Source: a virus (lineage: Duplodnaviria; Caudoviricetes). From it: a stretch of 29,262 bases of DNA. This document shows, piece after piece, positions 7,757-15,363 of the stretch. A program made the position numbers and the translations under genes. Numbering within the stretch: position 1 is the first letter of the stretch; every line of letters begins with the position of its first letter. The notes under the pieces are model-generated. The model had not been told where the DNA came from. It worked only from the letters and a program-made list of their open reading frames with translations, and made no database searches. The DNA is taken from the IMG/VR virus record IMGVR_UViG_3300037518_000193, positions 1-29,262 of that record; one strand, written 5' to 3'.

Positions 7757-8178
7757 TCGAAGCGTCGCAGGATCAGACCCGTCACCGCCGATGCAGCCAA
7801 CACCAGCCACACCCAACGAGACCACTCCCACCACACCCACGACCCTACCACCACACCGGCCACCCACACCGACGCGCAGTCACCGCACGTCACCAACTCG
7901 CCGAGCCAGTGACCCTTGATCGGCCACCACCCCTCGTTACCGGGCTGGGTGATGTGGACCAGGGCGACACCCGACGTGGTGGTCGACATCTCACCGTCCG
8001 CCTCGGTGTGGGTGACGACTTCGGATTCGTCTAGGCGGGTGTCGTCGGCGGGCCAGCGGGCCAGGATCTTGTTGCGTGCCCATGCGAGCGGCGGGAACGT
8101 GTCCGTGGTGACGAGCCGAGTGCCGCGGTAGACGGCGAGGGCGAGGATGAGTGCGTCGAGGACGGCGATGTCAGTCAC
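7753..8178 (-). CDS. DUF1360-like membrane protein
   Basis: AVYRGTRLVTTD..PL and GELVTCGDCASVW motifs; TM segments. Confidence 0.8.
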   Translation of the reverse strand: MTDIAVLDALILALAVYRGTRLVTTDTFPPLAWARNKILARWPADDTRLDESEVVTHTEADGEMSTTTSGVALVHITQPGNEGWWPIKGHWLGELVTCGDCASVWVAGVVVGSWVWWEWSRWVWLVLAASAVTGLILRRFE

Positions 8179-8335
8179 GGCCGGTGACGGCCCGGACGTA
8201 CCAGTGGTCCTGGTCAGCGACAGGCTCGGACTTGACGGCCCGCCACCGGCGCCTACCCGCCAGGTCCCACCAGCGGGGACGAATCAGACGGGCACGCAGA
8301 TCACGGTTGAGCGTACGATCGGACATTGGCAACAT
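8171..8335 (-). CDS. Small basic hypothetical protein
   Basis: GAAGGGAG RBS; stop overlaps next start. Confidence 0.5.
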   Translation of the reverse strand: MLPMSDRTLNRDLRARLIRPRWWDLAGRRRWRAVKSEPVADQDHWYVRAVTGRD

Positions 8336-8360
8336 CTCGCTCCCTTCGGTCCCGGTCAGC

Positions 8361-8510
8361 CTAGCGCCTCGCCTCACGCAACGCACGAATCCCGCCGTTG
8401 TCGAGCCGTTCCTGGGCCTTCGCCTGAGCCGCACGCCGCTCATTCGCCAGCGCCTGACGGGCCGCCTCCCGCTGATCTGGCGACTTCTTGTCCTTGCAAC
8501 CGCAACCCAC
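8361..8510 (-). CDS. Small MGCGCK-type protein
   Basis: AGGAGG RBS then GTG; GCGC N-terminus; directly after terL. Confidence 0.6.
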   Translation of the reverse strand: MGCGCKDKKSPDQREAARQALANERRAAQAKAQERLDNGGIRALREARR

Positions 8511-8518
8511 GACGCCTC

Positions 8519-9883
8519 CTATCCGACACGATCCGAAAGCATACCCGACCGAGTCGAGACCTTGATCCCGGTGGAGCGCGTCGATAGGCCCGCCATCGCC
8601 CACACCAGAGCATCCACCCGGTCCGGTGACTGTGTGTCGTCACGGGTCCAGGTCGTCATCTGCTCCTCAAGGGCTCCGAACCAGCCGAGGTGATGGACCC
8701 GGCGCGCCTCGTAGAGTGCCGCGATCGGCTCCATCCGGACTTCCTTGCCGCGGGTGGCGGTCACGAACTCGACGGGCAGGTCGGGCCGGGCGGTCTGGAG
8801 GTTGGAGCGCACCAGGTCGCCGCCGTAGTTACGCTCGCACACCACCCGGTCAGCCTGGGCCTCGTCGAACGCCAACCCCACTTGGCGGCCCCACTCCAGC
8901 GGCGTCGTACCACCGGGAGCCGTGTAGTCACCGATCACACCGAAGTGAGGGAACGGCGCCTCGTTCCCACACGGGCACGACGGGATGACACCGGCCGCGA
9001 CGATCCCGATCTCGGTGGCACCACCGGCGGGGTCGACACCGACCAGGACACGCCGGAACCGGATACGGCCGATCACGTCGGGGTCGGTGATGCGGTCCGT
9101 CTCGATCCAGTCCAGATCCCACGGGGCACCCTCCACCTTCTCCAGCAGTTCGCCTTCGAGCTCCTGACGGCCCAGGCGGGTGCCTCCGTAGTCGGCGTAC
9201 AGGTCGGCGACGGTGTCGGCCGGCAGATAGGGGTTGTCGCGGGTCGACGCCTGCGTCACCACCACGTCGTCACGGGCCACCAACTTGTGCATCATCTTGC
9301 GGACCTTGGGGGTGGTCGACGCCACCCAATGCGGATGCGGGCCCTCACGCAACCCAAACCGCATCTGGTCCCATGCCTCGTCGAGACGCCGCCACGCTGC
9401 GAGCTCCTCGGCGTGTACCAGGCAGTTGGAGCCGCCGGCCCGTAGCCGCTCCACGTCCTCGGTCGCCTGGCAACCGAACAGTTTCGCCTCCGAGCCGTTG
9501 GGCCACTCGAAGATGGTGCCACCTGCCACGGTGCGCATCTTGCCCGACGGGTCATGCGCCCGGTACGAGCTCGGGTGATGCCACGCGGTCTGGGCGGCGT
9601 CACCGATCGTCGGGGCGATGAGGGCGATGCGGTGCGGGATCGGACCCGGCAGGCAGCGGGCACCGCGGACGTGGTTGGCGACATACGCCGACACCCCGTC
9701 AGTCTTACCGGAGCCGCGGCCCGCCATCAGTAGCCAACCCCACCAGCGACCCACCGGCGGCACCTGATGCGGCAACGGGGACCATACCCGATAACCGGCG
9801 TCGGCACGCATCAGGTCCCGTAACTCGTAGAGGCGGTCCAGGCCGATCTCCTCGAGCCGGTGGAGCCGCGGCGACTTACCCAC
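8519..9883 (-). CDS. terL: Terminase large subunit (start uncertain)
   Basis: AGRGSGKT Walker A, AEE Walker B variant, STTP, GRQELEGE, GVDPA and DRVDALVWA nuclease motifs. Confidence 0.92.
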   Translation of the reverse strand: MGKSPRLHRLEEIGLDRLYELRDLMRADAGYRVWSPLPHQVPPVGRWWGWLLMAGRGSGKTDGVSAYVANHVRGARCLPGPIPHRIALIAPTIGDAAQTAWHHPSSYRAHDPSGKMRTVAGGTIFEWPNGSEAKLFGCQATEDVERLRAGGSNCLVHAEELAAWRRLDEAWDQMRFGLREGPHPHWVASTTPKVRKMMHKLVARDDVVVTQASTRDNPYLPADTVADLYADYGGTRLGRQELEGELLEKVEGAPWDLDWIETDRITDPDVIGRIRFRRVLVGVDPAGGATEIGIVAAGVIPSCPCGNEAPFPHFGVIGDYTAPGGTTPLEWGRQVGLAFDEAQADRVVCERNYGGDLVRSNLQTARPDLPVEFVTATRGKEVRMEPIAALYEARRVHHLGWFGALEEQMTTWTRDDTQSPDRVDALVWAMAGLSTRSTGIKVSTRSGMLSDRVG

Positions 9884-10079
9884 CGGAGCCCTCACTGGCG
9901 ATACGACGCTGGCGACGCTTACGGGCAGCGGCGGCACCGGGCGACGACGTGGTGCCGGCGAACTGGGCGACACCCGCAGTCGGACACGGCCCTATGCGGT
10001 GCTCGACCACCGGCCGGTCGCACAGCAGGCACAGGATGCGGCCATTGCCGGCGAAGTCAGGGTCGCAGTACCCGGCCAC
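9876..10079 (-). CDS. Small Cys/His protein
   Basis: CLLC..H..C; GAGGGG upstream; overlaps terL start. Confidence 0.5.
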   Translation of the reverse strand: MAGYCDPDFAGNGRILCLLCDRPVVEHRIGPCPTAGVAQFAGTTSSPGAAAARKRRQRRIASEGSGG

Positions 10080-10227
10080 AGTAACCCCTCAAGTGATGCA
10101 CCTCCGGGGTCGATGCTACCGCCATGAACATCTTCACTGCGCCACTGTGTGTCATCTGTTGGTGCCCGCTCGCCCGTTGGGGTGACGGCTGGGTCCATGT
10201 TGGGCCGTCCGCTACGGCATCGTGGGG

Positions 10228-10368
10228 TCACATCGCGGTGAGGTAGGGAGGTCGCAGGCAGGGGCGCGAGTAGCCCCCGGTGTAGGGGGAACCCAGCCGG
10301 GGGCTGACTCGTGTCGTGGGGCTTGTCGTCCTAGACCCTACCCCACCCTACCCCACCCGACGCCGTGA
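10228..10368 (-). other. Long intergenic hairpin element with G-run tandem repeat
   Basis: GGTGGGGTAGGG/CCCTACCTCACC and CGAGT-C-AGCCCCCGG/CCGGGGGCT-ACTCG stems. Confidence 0.55.
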
Positions 10369-10379
10369 GTGATGGCACC

Positions 10380-10958
10380 TCAGCCGGGCAGCGCCTCGTG
10401 GGCCCGCTCGATCGCCGCATCCTCGGACTGCTGCGCCTCTAACAACGCAATGCCACGCTCCACCGCCGACAGCGTCAACGTCTCTTCACGCCCCGTCGCC
10501 TCACCCATCTCCAGCCGGTACTTGTCCAGCGCGATCCCAGCCGCCACCATCAGGTCCCGAGCGTCACGGCCCGACCAGACGGCCGGAGATGGGTCCTCGA
10601 CTTCGACCTCTAGCGCCGCCACCCGTTCCTCGATGCTGCGTATCTCTCCCGGCGGCAACTTCTTGTGCTCAGGATCGGGCTCACGCATCATCGAACGTAC
10701 GGCCGCGACCAACTCACCAGCCGCCAGCAGCAACTCCTCCCGAAGCTCCGAGCGAAGCACCTCGTGCGACAGGTTCCGCGACTCGACCGTCGCCCGTATC
10801 CGAGCCATCCGATCCCGGTACAGACCCTCGTCGTGCGCCCAATGCCTGATCGTCCCCGCTGGCACCTCCGACACCTCGGCCGCGCGCCGTGAACCGTGCT
10901 CGACGTAGAGCGCCAGTGCCTCTGCTCGCTTTTCCGGGGGCCAGGTTGTTCGGGCCAT
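10380..10958 (-). CDS. Probable terminase small subunit with N-terminal HTH
   Basis: KRAEALALY..AAEVSEVPAGTIRHWA HTH; GIALDK helix; upstream of terL; leaderless-type promoter. Confidence 0.7.
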   Translation of the reverse strand: MARTTWPPEKRAEALALYVEHGSRRAAEVSEVPAGTIRHWAHDEGLYRDRMARIRATVESRNLSHEVLRSELREELLLAAGELVAAVRSMMREPDPEHKKLPPGEIRSIEERVAALEVEVEDPSPAVWSGRDARDLMVAAGIALDKYRLEMGEATGREETLTLSAVERGIALLEAQQSEDAAIERAHEALPG

Positions 10959-10981
10959 GCTTCCGATCCTACCTCTTCTCT

Positions 10982-11189
10982 TGTCCGGACGTAACCGGAC
11001 AACTGGGGACTTAAGAGTCCCCCATTGTGTCCGCCTGTAGTTCGTGGTGTTTATCCGGACAGGGGGTGTCCGGGGTGTTTCCGCAGGTGAGCGGGTATAT
11101 TGGGTGGTGGGGGCGGACATAGGGCGGACAGGTTCCGGACGCGGACAAGGTGGTCGAAAAAGGGGGTCTGGCGGACACGCCTTGTCCGG
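10982..11189. repeat. Cluster of CGGAC(A) direct and inverted repeats, putative origin or pac region
   Basis: About 12 copies in ~210 bp, just downstream of the helicase gene. Confidence 0.65.
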
Positions 11190-11224
11190 TACTCTCTGCG
11201 CGAATCGGGCTGCGGCGACCACAC

Positions 11225-12457
11225 TCAGTAGGGGGCGTCAAGGGGGAGGAAGAGGTCGCCGACGCGTTGGATGTCGTTGGTGTTCTCGAGGCGGCGCAGG
11301 GTGCGGGTGACGGTGTCGTGTTTGGCTCCGACGAGGCGGGTGACGGCGTCGGCGGTGAGTCCGGCTGGGTTCGTTGCGATGGTGTCGCGGACTTGCTGGG
11401 AGATGCTGGACTCGCCGGTGACGTGGACCCAACGGGCGGCTCGGCCGGCGGTGGTGGTTTGGACGTCGAGGGAGAGGCTGATGGTGGGGAGCTCACGCAG
11501 CGAGTAGTTGTTGGCCTTGGTGGGTTTGAGGGTGAGGGTATTGGAGCCGGGCGAGGAGAGGACGTCCCACATGAGGCGGACGCTGTTGTCGTTGATGACG
11601 GACCCGTAGGCGCCTGAGCGGCCTTCGGCGAGGGCGGCTCGGGACTTGTGGTCGACGAGCAGGGACGGGCAGCCAAGTTGGGAGAGCGCCCCGAAGAAGG
11701 CGATGGTCTCCTCGGCTCCGGCTTCACCGGCGCGGGCCAGCATGACGGAGTCGATGATGACGAGGACGGTGCCTGAGCGGGCTACTTCGCGGGCGAGCGC
11801 CGGTGCCCATTGGCGGAGCGGGAGCGGGTGGCGCAGGTATTGGAGGGTGTCGCCTGGTGGGTCGATGCCGAGTCCGCGGGCGAGCGAGTGGAGGCGTTCG
11901 GAGTGGGTTTGGGCGTCGGCTTCCCAGTCGCAGTAGATGACGTGACCGGTGGTCCTTGGTTCCATGCCGATCCAGTCGGGGTTGCCGGTGGCGGTGGTGC
12001 AGGCTCCGGCGAGGACCAGCATCGACTTGCCGACGCCGCCGCCGCCGACGATCGAGGTGGCACCGACCGACGAGATGAGGGGGCGGAGCACGAAGCCGCC
12101 GCGGTGGGGTTCGACACCTGACAGGGTGACGGGGCGGGGCCCCTCGAGGTGGGCAGTGAGCACGTCGTAGCGGGCGACTTCGACCAGGTGGTCCCAGTCG
12201 GCCTTCACCGGAAGCTTGCGGCGGGTGATGGCGGCGACGATGGCGGATACGGTGCGGCCTGACATGAGGTCGTGGCGTCCGGCGTAGATGACGCCAGCGG
12301 CGGGCACCGGTCCGGGCCACCGCAACTCGACCCATGAGTACAGCATGTGCTTTTGGGGGGTGACCTGGGCGACGAGGAAACGGAGTCCCGATTCGTGTGT
12401 GAACTCCCACGAGTCGGCGGTGACAGACGGCAGCCAGCCGTTGCCTTCGGGCTCCAC
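11225..12457 (-). CDS. RepA-like (AAA_25) helicase with C-terminal winged HTH
   Basis: GGGGVGKS Walker A, YCDWE, IIDS Walker B, VDH, AYGS; C-terminal LTADAVTRLVG..TVTRTLRRL. Confidence 0.8.
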   Translation of the reverse strand: MEPEGNGWLPSVTADSWEFTHESGLRFLVAQVTPQKHMLYSWVELRWPGPVPAAGVIYAGRHDLMSGRTVSAIVAAITRRKLPVKADWDHLVEVARYDVLTAHLEGPRPVTLSGVEPHRGGFVLRPLISSVGATSIVGGGGVGKSMLVLAGACTTATGNPDWIGMEPRTTGHVIYCDWEADAQTHSERLHSLARGLGIDPPGDTLQYLRHPLPLRQWAPALAREVARSGTVLVIIDSVMLARAGEAGAEETIAFFGALSQLGCPSLLVDHKSRAALAEGRSGAYGSVINDNSVRLMWDVLSSPGSNTLTLKPTKANNYSLRELPTISLSLDVQTTTAGRAARWVHVTGESSISQQVRDTIATNPAGLTADAVTRLVGAKHDTVTRTLRRLENTNDIQRVGDLFLPLDAPY

Positions 12458-12542
12458 GCTCAGCCTGCCCGATGCCCCGGCGGACGCGGTGTGGTGTCCG
12501 GTGGGGTTACGATAGGTCGAGACGTTGCCATGTCTGCCACTT

Positions 12543-12571
12543 TAACCCGCGATCAGGCCGGTCGCGGGTTA
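12543..12571. terminator. 10-bp perfect inverted repeat spanning resolvase stop
   Basis: TAACCCGCGA-N9-TCGCGGGTTA. Confidence 0.45.
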
Positions 12572-13032
12572 GTGGCATCCTGGACTGCGGCCGCGATCCG
12601 GGCTGCCCCCGCAGCGGCCCCGGCGACGTCCCACGCCGAGCGAAGATGCCGGCGCCGCCCGGTCCCTGCGGTCTCGCGTGGGCCCACCAAGGCGGCCGGG
12701 TACATCTGGAGCGGCGCCTTGCCGTGCCCGCCCGGTGGCACCAGCACCACCTCATAGACGGCTTGAAGGTAGCCGACGAGGCGTGCCGTTTCGATCAGGG
12801 CCGACACGTTAGTGAGTCCCATGTGGGGGTTGGGTGCCACCACATCCTCGACCGCGATGACGGGGACGCCACACTCGCCTCGTAGGCCGAAGTCGTCGAT
12901 GGTGCCGGTGATCGTCATGAAGTAGGTGGCCCACTCAGCGTCTGTTACTAGCCGGGCGTTTCGCACCTCGTCGCCGCAGCGCAGCACCACCCCCGTCTCA
13001 CGTGCCCCCGGATCTATGCCGATTGTGCAGAT
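12553..13032 (-). CDS. RuvC-like Holliday junction resolvase (apparent ATC start)
   Basis: TIGIDPGARETG, IAVED and HLRSAWDVA motifs; GGGAGG 6 nt before ATC. Confidence 0.75.
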   Translation of the reverse strand: MCTIGIDPGARETGVVLRCGDEVRNARLVTDAEWATYFMTITGTIDDFGLRGECGVPVIAVEDVVAPNPHMGLTNVSALIETARLVGYLQAVYEVVLVPPGGHGKAPLQMYPAALVGPRETAGTGRRRHLRSAWDVAGAAAGAARIAAAVQDATNPRPA

Positions 13033-13047
13033 GTCACACCTCCCTTG

Positions 13048-13320
13048 TCAGTCGATCCAGGCGGTGTAAGCAGCCGACATCCGTACGAGTGCCGCCACCA
13101 GGTCCGGGTGCTGGTCGTTGAGGGCGACCCGCTGGTCATGGTCGAGGTCCGCCCATGCTTCGGCGACCGCACGCAGTCGGGTCCGTGCCAGCGTGGCGGC
13201 GGTCCACAGGTTCTTCAGCATGTCGAGGGCGTCGTCGAGTGACGGCGCCGGCCCCATCTTGACGAGCCCGAGCGCATCTTCGAGCGTCGGAGTCTTGCGC
13301 GCCTGGTCGGTCATCGTCAC
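13048..13320 (-). CDS. Hypothetical helical protein
   Basis: GTGA-coupled to the SpoU gene; internal repeat PTLEDAL/PSLDDAL. Confidence 0.65.
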   Translation of the reverse strand: MTMTDQARKTPTLEDALGLVKMGPAPSLDDALDMLKNLWTAATLARTRLRAVAEAWADLDHDQRVALNDQHPDLVAALVRMSAAYTAWID

Positions 13321-13820
13321 ACCCAACCGACGAGCTTATAGATGGCGAGCGACGCGGCGACTGCCACATTGAGCGAGTTGCCGACGCCGGTCATCGGGAT
13401 AGCAACGGCGAGGTCGCATAGCGCCAGAGCCTCAGCAGGAACGCCCGTGGTCTCGTGTCCGAGGACCAGGATCGTCGGCCCCAGCACGTCGAGACCGGGC
13501 AGGTCGCGTAAGTCGATGGACTCGTCGGTCAACTCCAGCGCCACCTTCGTCAGTGTCGAGGCGCGGAGATAGGCCAGCGGGTTACCGACCTGGCGGTGGA
13601 TGGTGTTGTGAATGCCGATCGTGTTGCCCTTGCGTAACGCCCTGCTCGCCAGAGCGTCCATCGGCACGACCATCTCAGCGCCGACAGCGTCGCATGTCCG
13701 GGCCAAGGTGCCTAGGTTCTCGCCGGTCTTGGGCCAGAGCGCGGCAACCTGTAGGGGAATGCGCACCGTGGCGGTACGGAGCCGATGCTCTCGCAACTCG
13801 TCCGAAGCGAAGGCTCTCAT
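13317..13820 (-). CDS. SpoU/TrmH-family (SPOUT) RNA 2'-O-methyltransferase
   Basis: NLGTLARTCDAVG, LVLGHETTGV and IPMTGVGNSLNVAVA motifs. Confidence 0.9.
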   Translation of the reverse strand: MRAFASDELREHRLRTATVRIPLQVAALWPKTGENLGTLARTCDAVGAEMVVPMDALASRALRKGNTIGIHNTIHRQVGNPLAYLRASTLTKVALELTDESIDLRDLPGLDVLGPTILVLGHETTGVPAEALALCDLAVAIPMTGVGNSLNVAVAASLAIYKLVGWV

Positions 13821-13972
13821 GGTGTTCCCTTGTTGATCCGGGTGAGGTGGTAGTGGACGGCCTGGGTGGAGATGTCGAGTGCCGCTGCGATCTGGCGGAC
13901 GGTGAGCCCGGCCGCTCGTAGCTGGGCGACCTGTGCCCGTGTATGCCCGTACGGTCCCTTCGGTTCAGCCAT
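13817..13972 (-). CDS. Small HTH DNA-binding protein
   Basis: GLTVRQIAAALDISTQAVHYHL; 51 aa. Confidence 0.8.
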   Translation of the reverse strand: MAEPKGPYGHTRAQVAQLRAAGLTVRQIAAALDISTQAVHYHLTRINKGTP

Positions 13973-14234
13973 CGTCGACCCCGAATTGGTCCGTGACCTC
14001 GTGGCGGATGTCGGGCCAAGGGTCACCGTCCCAGTAGGCCGAGACGTGCAGGCCGCCTCGGCGTTGTGCGGTCAGCCAGAAGTGCAGCGACGACTCCGAC
14101 CCCTCGCGGTACAGGGCGAACCAGACCTGCCCGCCGGCCATGCGCTCGAGGTGGATGCTGACGCCGTGGGCGACGATCTCGTCGACGTCGGCGTCGGGGG
14201 GTGCGGCGGTGATGCGTTGCAGGTTGCGTCCCAT
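13965..14234 (-). CDS. Hypothetical protein, first gene of leftward operon
   Basis: ATG 7 nt after TATGGT; overlaps HTH start. Confidence 0.65.
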   Translation of the reverse strand: MGRNLQRITAAPPDADVDEIVAHGVSIHLERMAGGQVWFALYREGSESSLHFWLTAQRRGGLHVSAYWDGDPWPDIRHEVTDQFGVDDG

Positions 14235-14241
14235 CGCCCTC

Positions 14242-14282
14242 ACCATAACAGGTTTGACAATCCCCTCAAGTTGTCATATATT
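14242..14282. promoter_or_regulatory. Divergent promoters with palindromic operator
   Basis: + strand TTGACA(14254)-N17-TATATT; - strand TGtTATGGT; TGACAA-N10-TTGTCA inverted repeat at 14255-14276. Confidence 0.85.
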
Positions 14283-14316
14283 GTGACGTAGAGAAGGGAA
14301 CGAAGGGAGACCCCCC

Positions 14317-14415
14317 ATGCGCAACATCCTCCGCAGACTCATCACCAGGCGCCGCGAGCGGTACGTCCGTTGCGGCACCTTCACCCACCGTCTCACCCCA
14401 GGAAGGGCGTCATGA
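14317..14415 (+). CDS. 32-aa Arg-rich first ORF of early operon
   Basis: GAAGGGAG RBS; ATGA-coupled to next gene. Confidence 0.6.
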   Translation: MRNILRRLITRRRERYVRCGTFTHRLTPGRAS

Positions 14416-14627
14416 CCGTAGACCCGCAGATCACCGCCGAGTGGAAGGTCGCCCGTGACGCACAGGCCGACCTCGTCAACAAGCTGGGAGGCACCGCCGC
14501 CTACATCACAGCCCTGCGAGCCAAGGACGCCGCTGCCCTCGCAACGATGCGTGGCTACCACGACGCCAGCCGTCGCCGCCTGTCCCGTATCACGGGTGTC
14601 GAGATCGTCGCGGTGGTGGTGTCGTGA
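14412..14627 (+). CDS. Hypothetical protein
   Basis: GGAAGGG RBS; coupled at both ends. Confidence 0.65.
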   Translation: MTVDPQITAEWKVARDAQADLVNKLGGTAAYITALRAKDAAALATMRGYHDASRRRLSRITGVEIVAVVVS

Positions 14628-14851
14628 CCGTCGTCGACTTCTATCGGGAACCGGGCGGCCCTGCCCACATCGCGATCCGGCATCTCGGCATCGCCCGGAA
14701 CCCCGTCGCAGGGTGCGGCGTACGTCTGGATGGTCTCGTCCACCTTGCCTCAGGGTCCAACGATCCCGCCGCCAAACCGGGCTTCTGGGACACTATGTGC
14801 CCGACCTGTCGGCACATGTTCGACCGACTTGACCCGGAAGTGGACTCATGA
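14624..14851 (+). CDS. Small zinc-finger-like protein
   Basis: H..CG..CPTC; coupled. Confidence 0.65.
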   Translation: MTVVDFYREPGGPAHIAIRHLGIARNPVAGCGVRLDGLVHLASGSNDPAAKPGFWDTMCPTCRHMFDRLDPEVDS

Positions 14852-15363
14852 TCTGGGTCATCGTGGCGATGGTGGCGTCGTTCGGTGCAGGTGTCGCCTT
14901 CGTCGGATGCCTCGCCACGCTCCCGAAGGGCTGGACCCTCGGTGTCGCGGTCCGCTCTGTCGTGGACCGGTTCGATGCGTGGGTCGACGAGTTGGTCCGT
15001 GTCCATTGGGTCGACGAGTCGCTGGTCGACGAGGAGCCGCCGCCCTACTCCCCCGACCGCATCTCGGTGCAGGTCTGGTCGGCTGAGAATCCGGCCCCAG
15101 CCGAGTGGGTGTCGGTCATGGATGTAACCGATGGGGGCGTCGACTACTACGACCGGGGCGCGCATCCTGGCCCGGTGCGGCACTTCCCGACCGAGTTCCC
15201 GCCCGGCACCATCTTTGGGTCGCCCAAAGATGACCCGGAGCCATGGCTAGAGGGCGCCTATGACGAGCGGCTAATAAGCTGGCTCGCCGATGTCGCTGCG
15301 CTCCCGCCCGATATGCCGGTCAAGATCATCTTCACGCCGCTCTCGGGCGAGGGGGAGCGATGA
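14848..15363 (+). CDS. Membrane-anchored hypothetical protein
   Basis: N-terminal hydrophobic helix; coupled. Confidence 0.65.
   Translation: MIWVIVAMVASFGAGVAFVGCLATLPKGWTLGVAVRSVVDRFDAWVDELVRVHWVDESLVDEEPPPYSPDRISVQVWSAENPAPAEWVSVMDVTDGGVDYYDRGAHPGPVRHFPTEFPPGTIFGSPKDDPEPWLEGAYDERLISWLADVAALPPDMPVKIIFTPLSGEGER

Noticed and set aside
9400-9425. TerL Walker B reads AEE rather than DE
   Set aside because: Conservative variant with all other motifs intact; not evidence of inactivation
9992-10231. 79-aa minus-strand ORF between terS and terL
   Set aside because: No clear RBS or motif and it overlaps the next ORF; cannot be supported, though not excluded
10959-11222. 88-codon N-terminal extension of TerS in the ORF track
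   Set aside because: Low-complexity translation of the repeat array; the leaderless promoter supports ATG 10958
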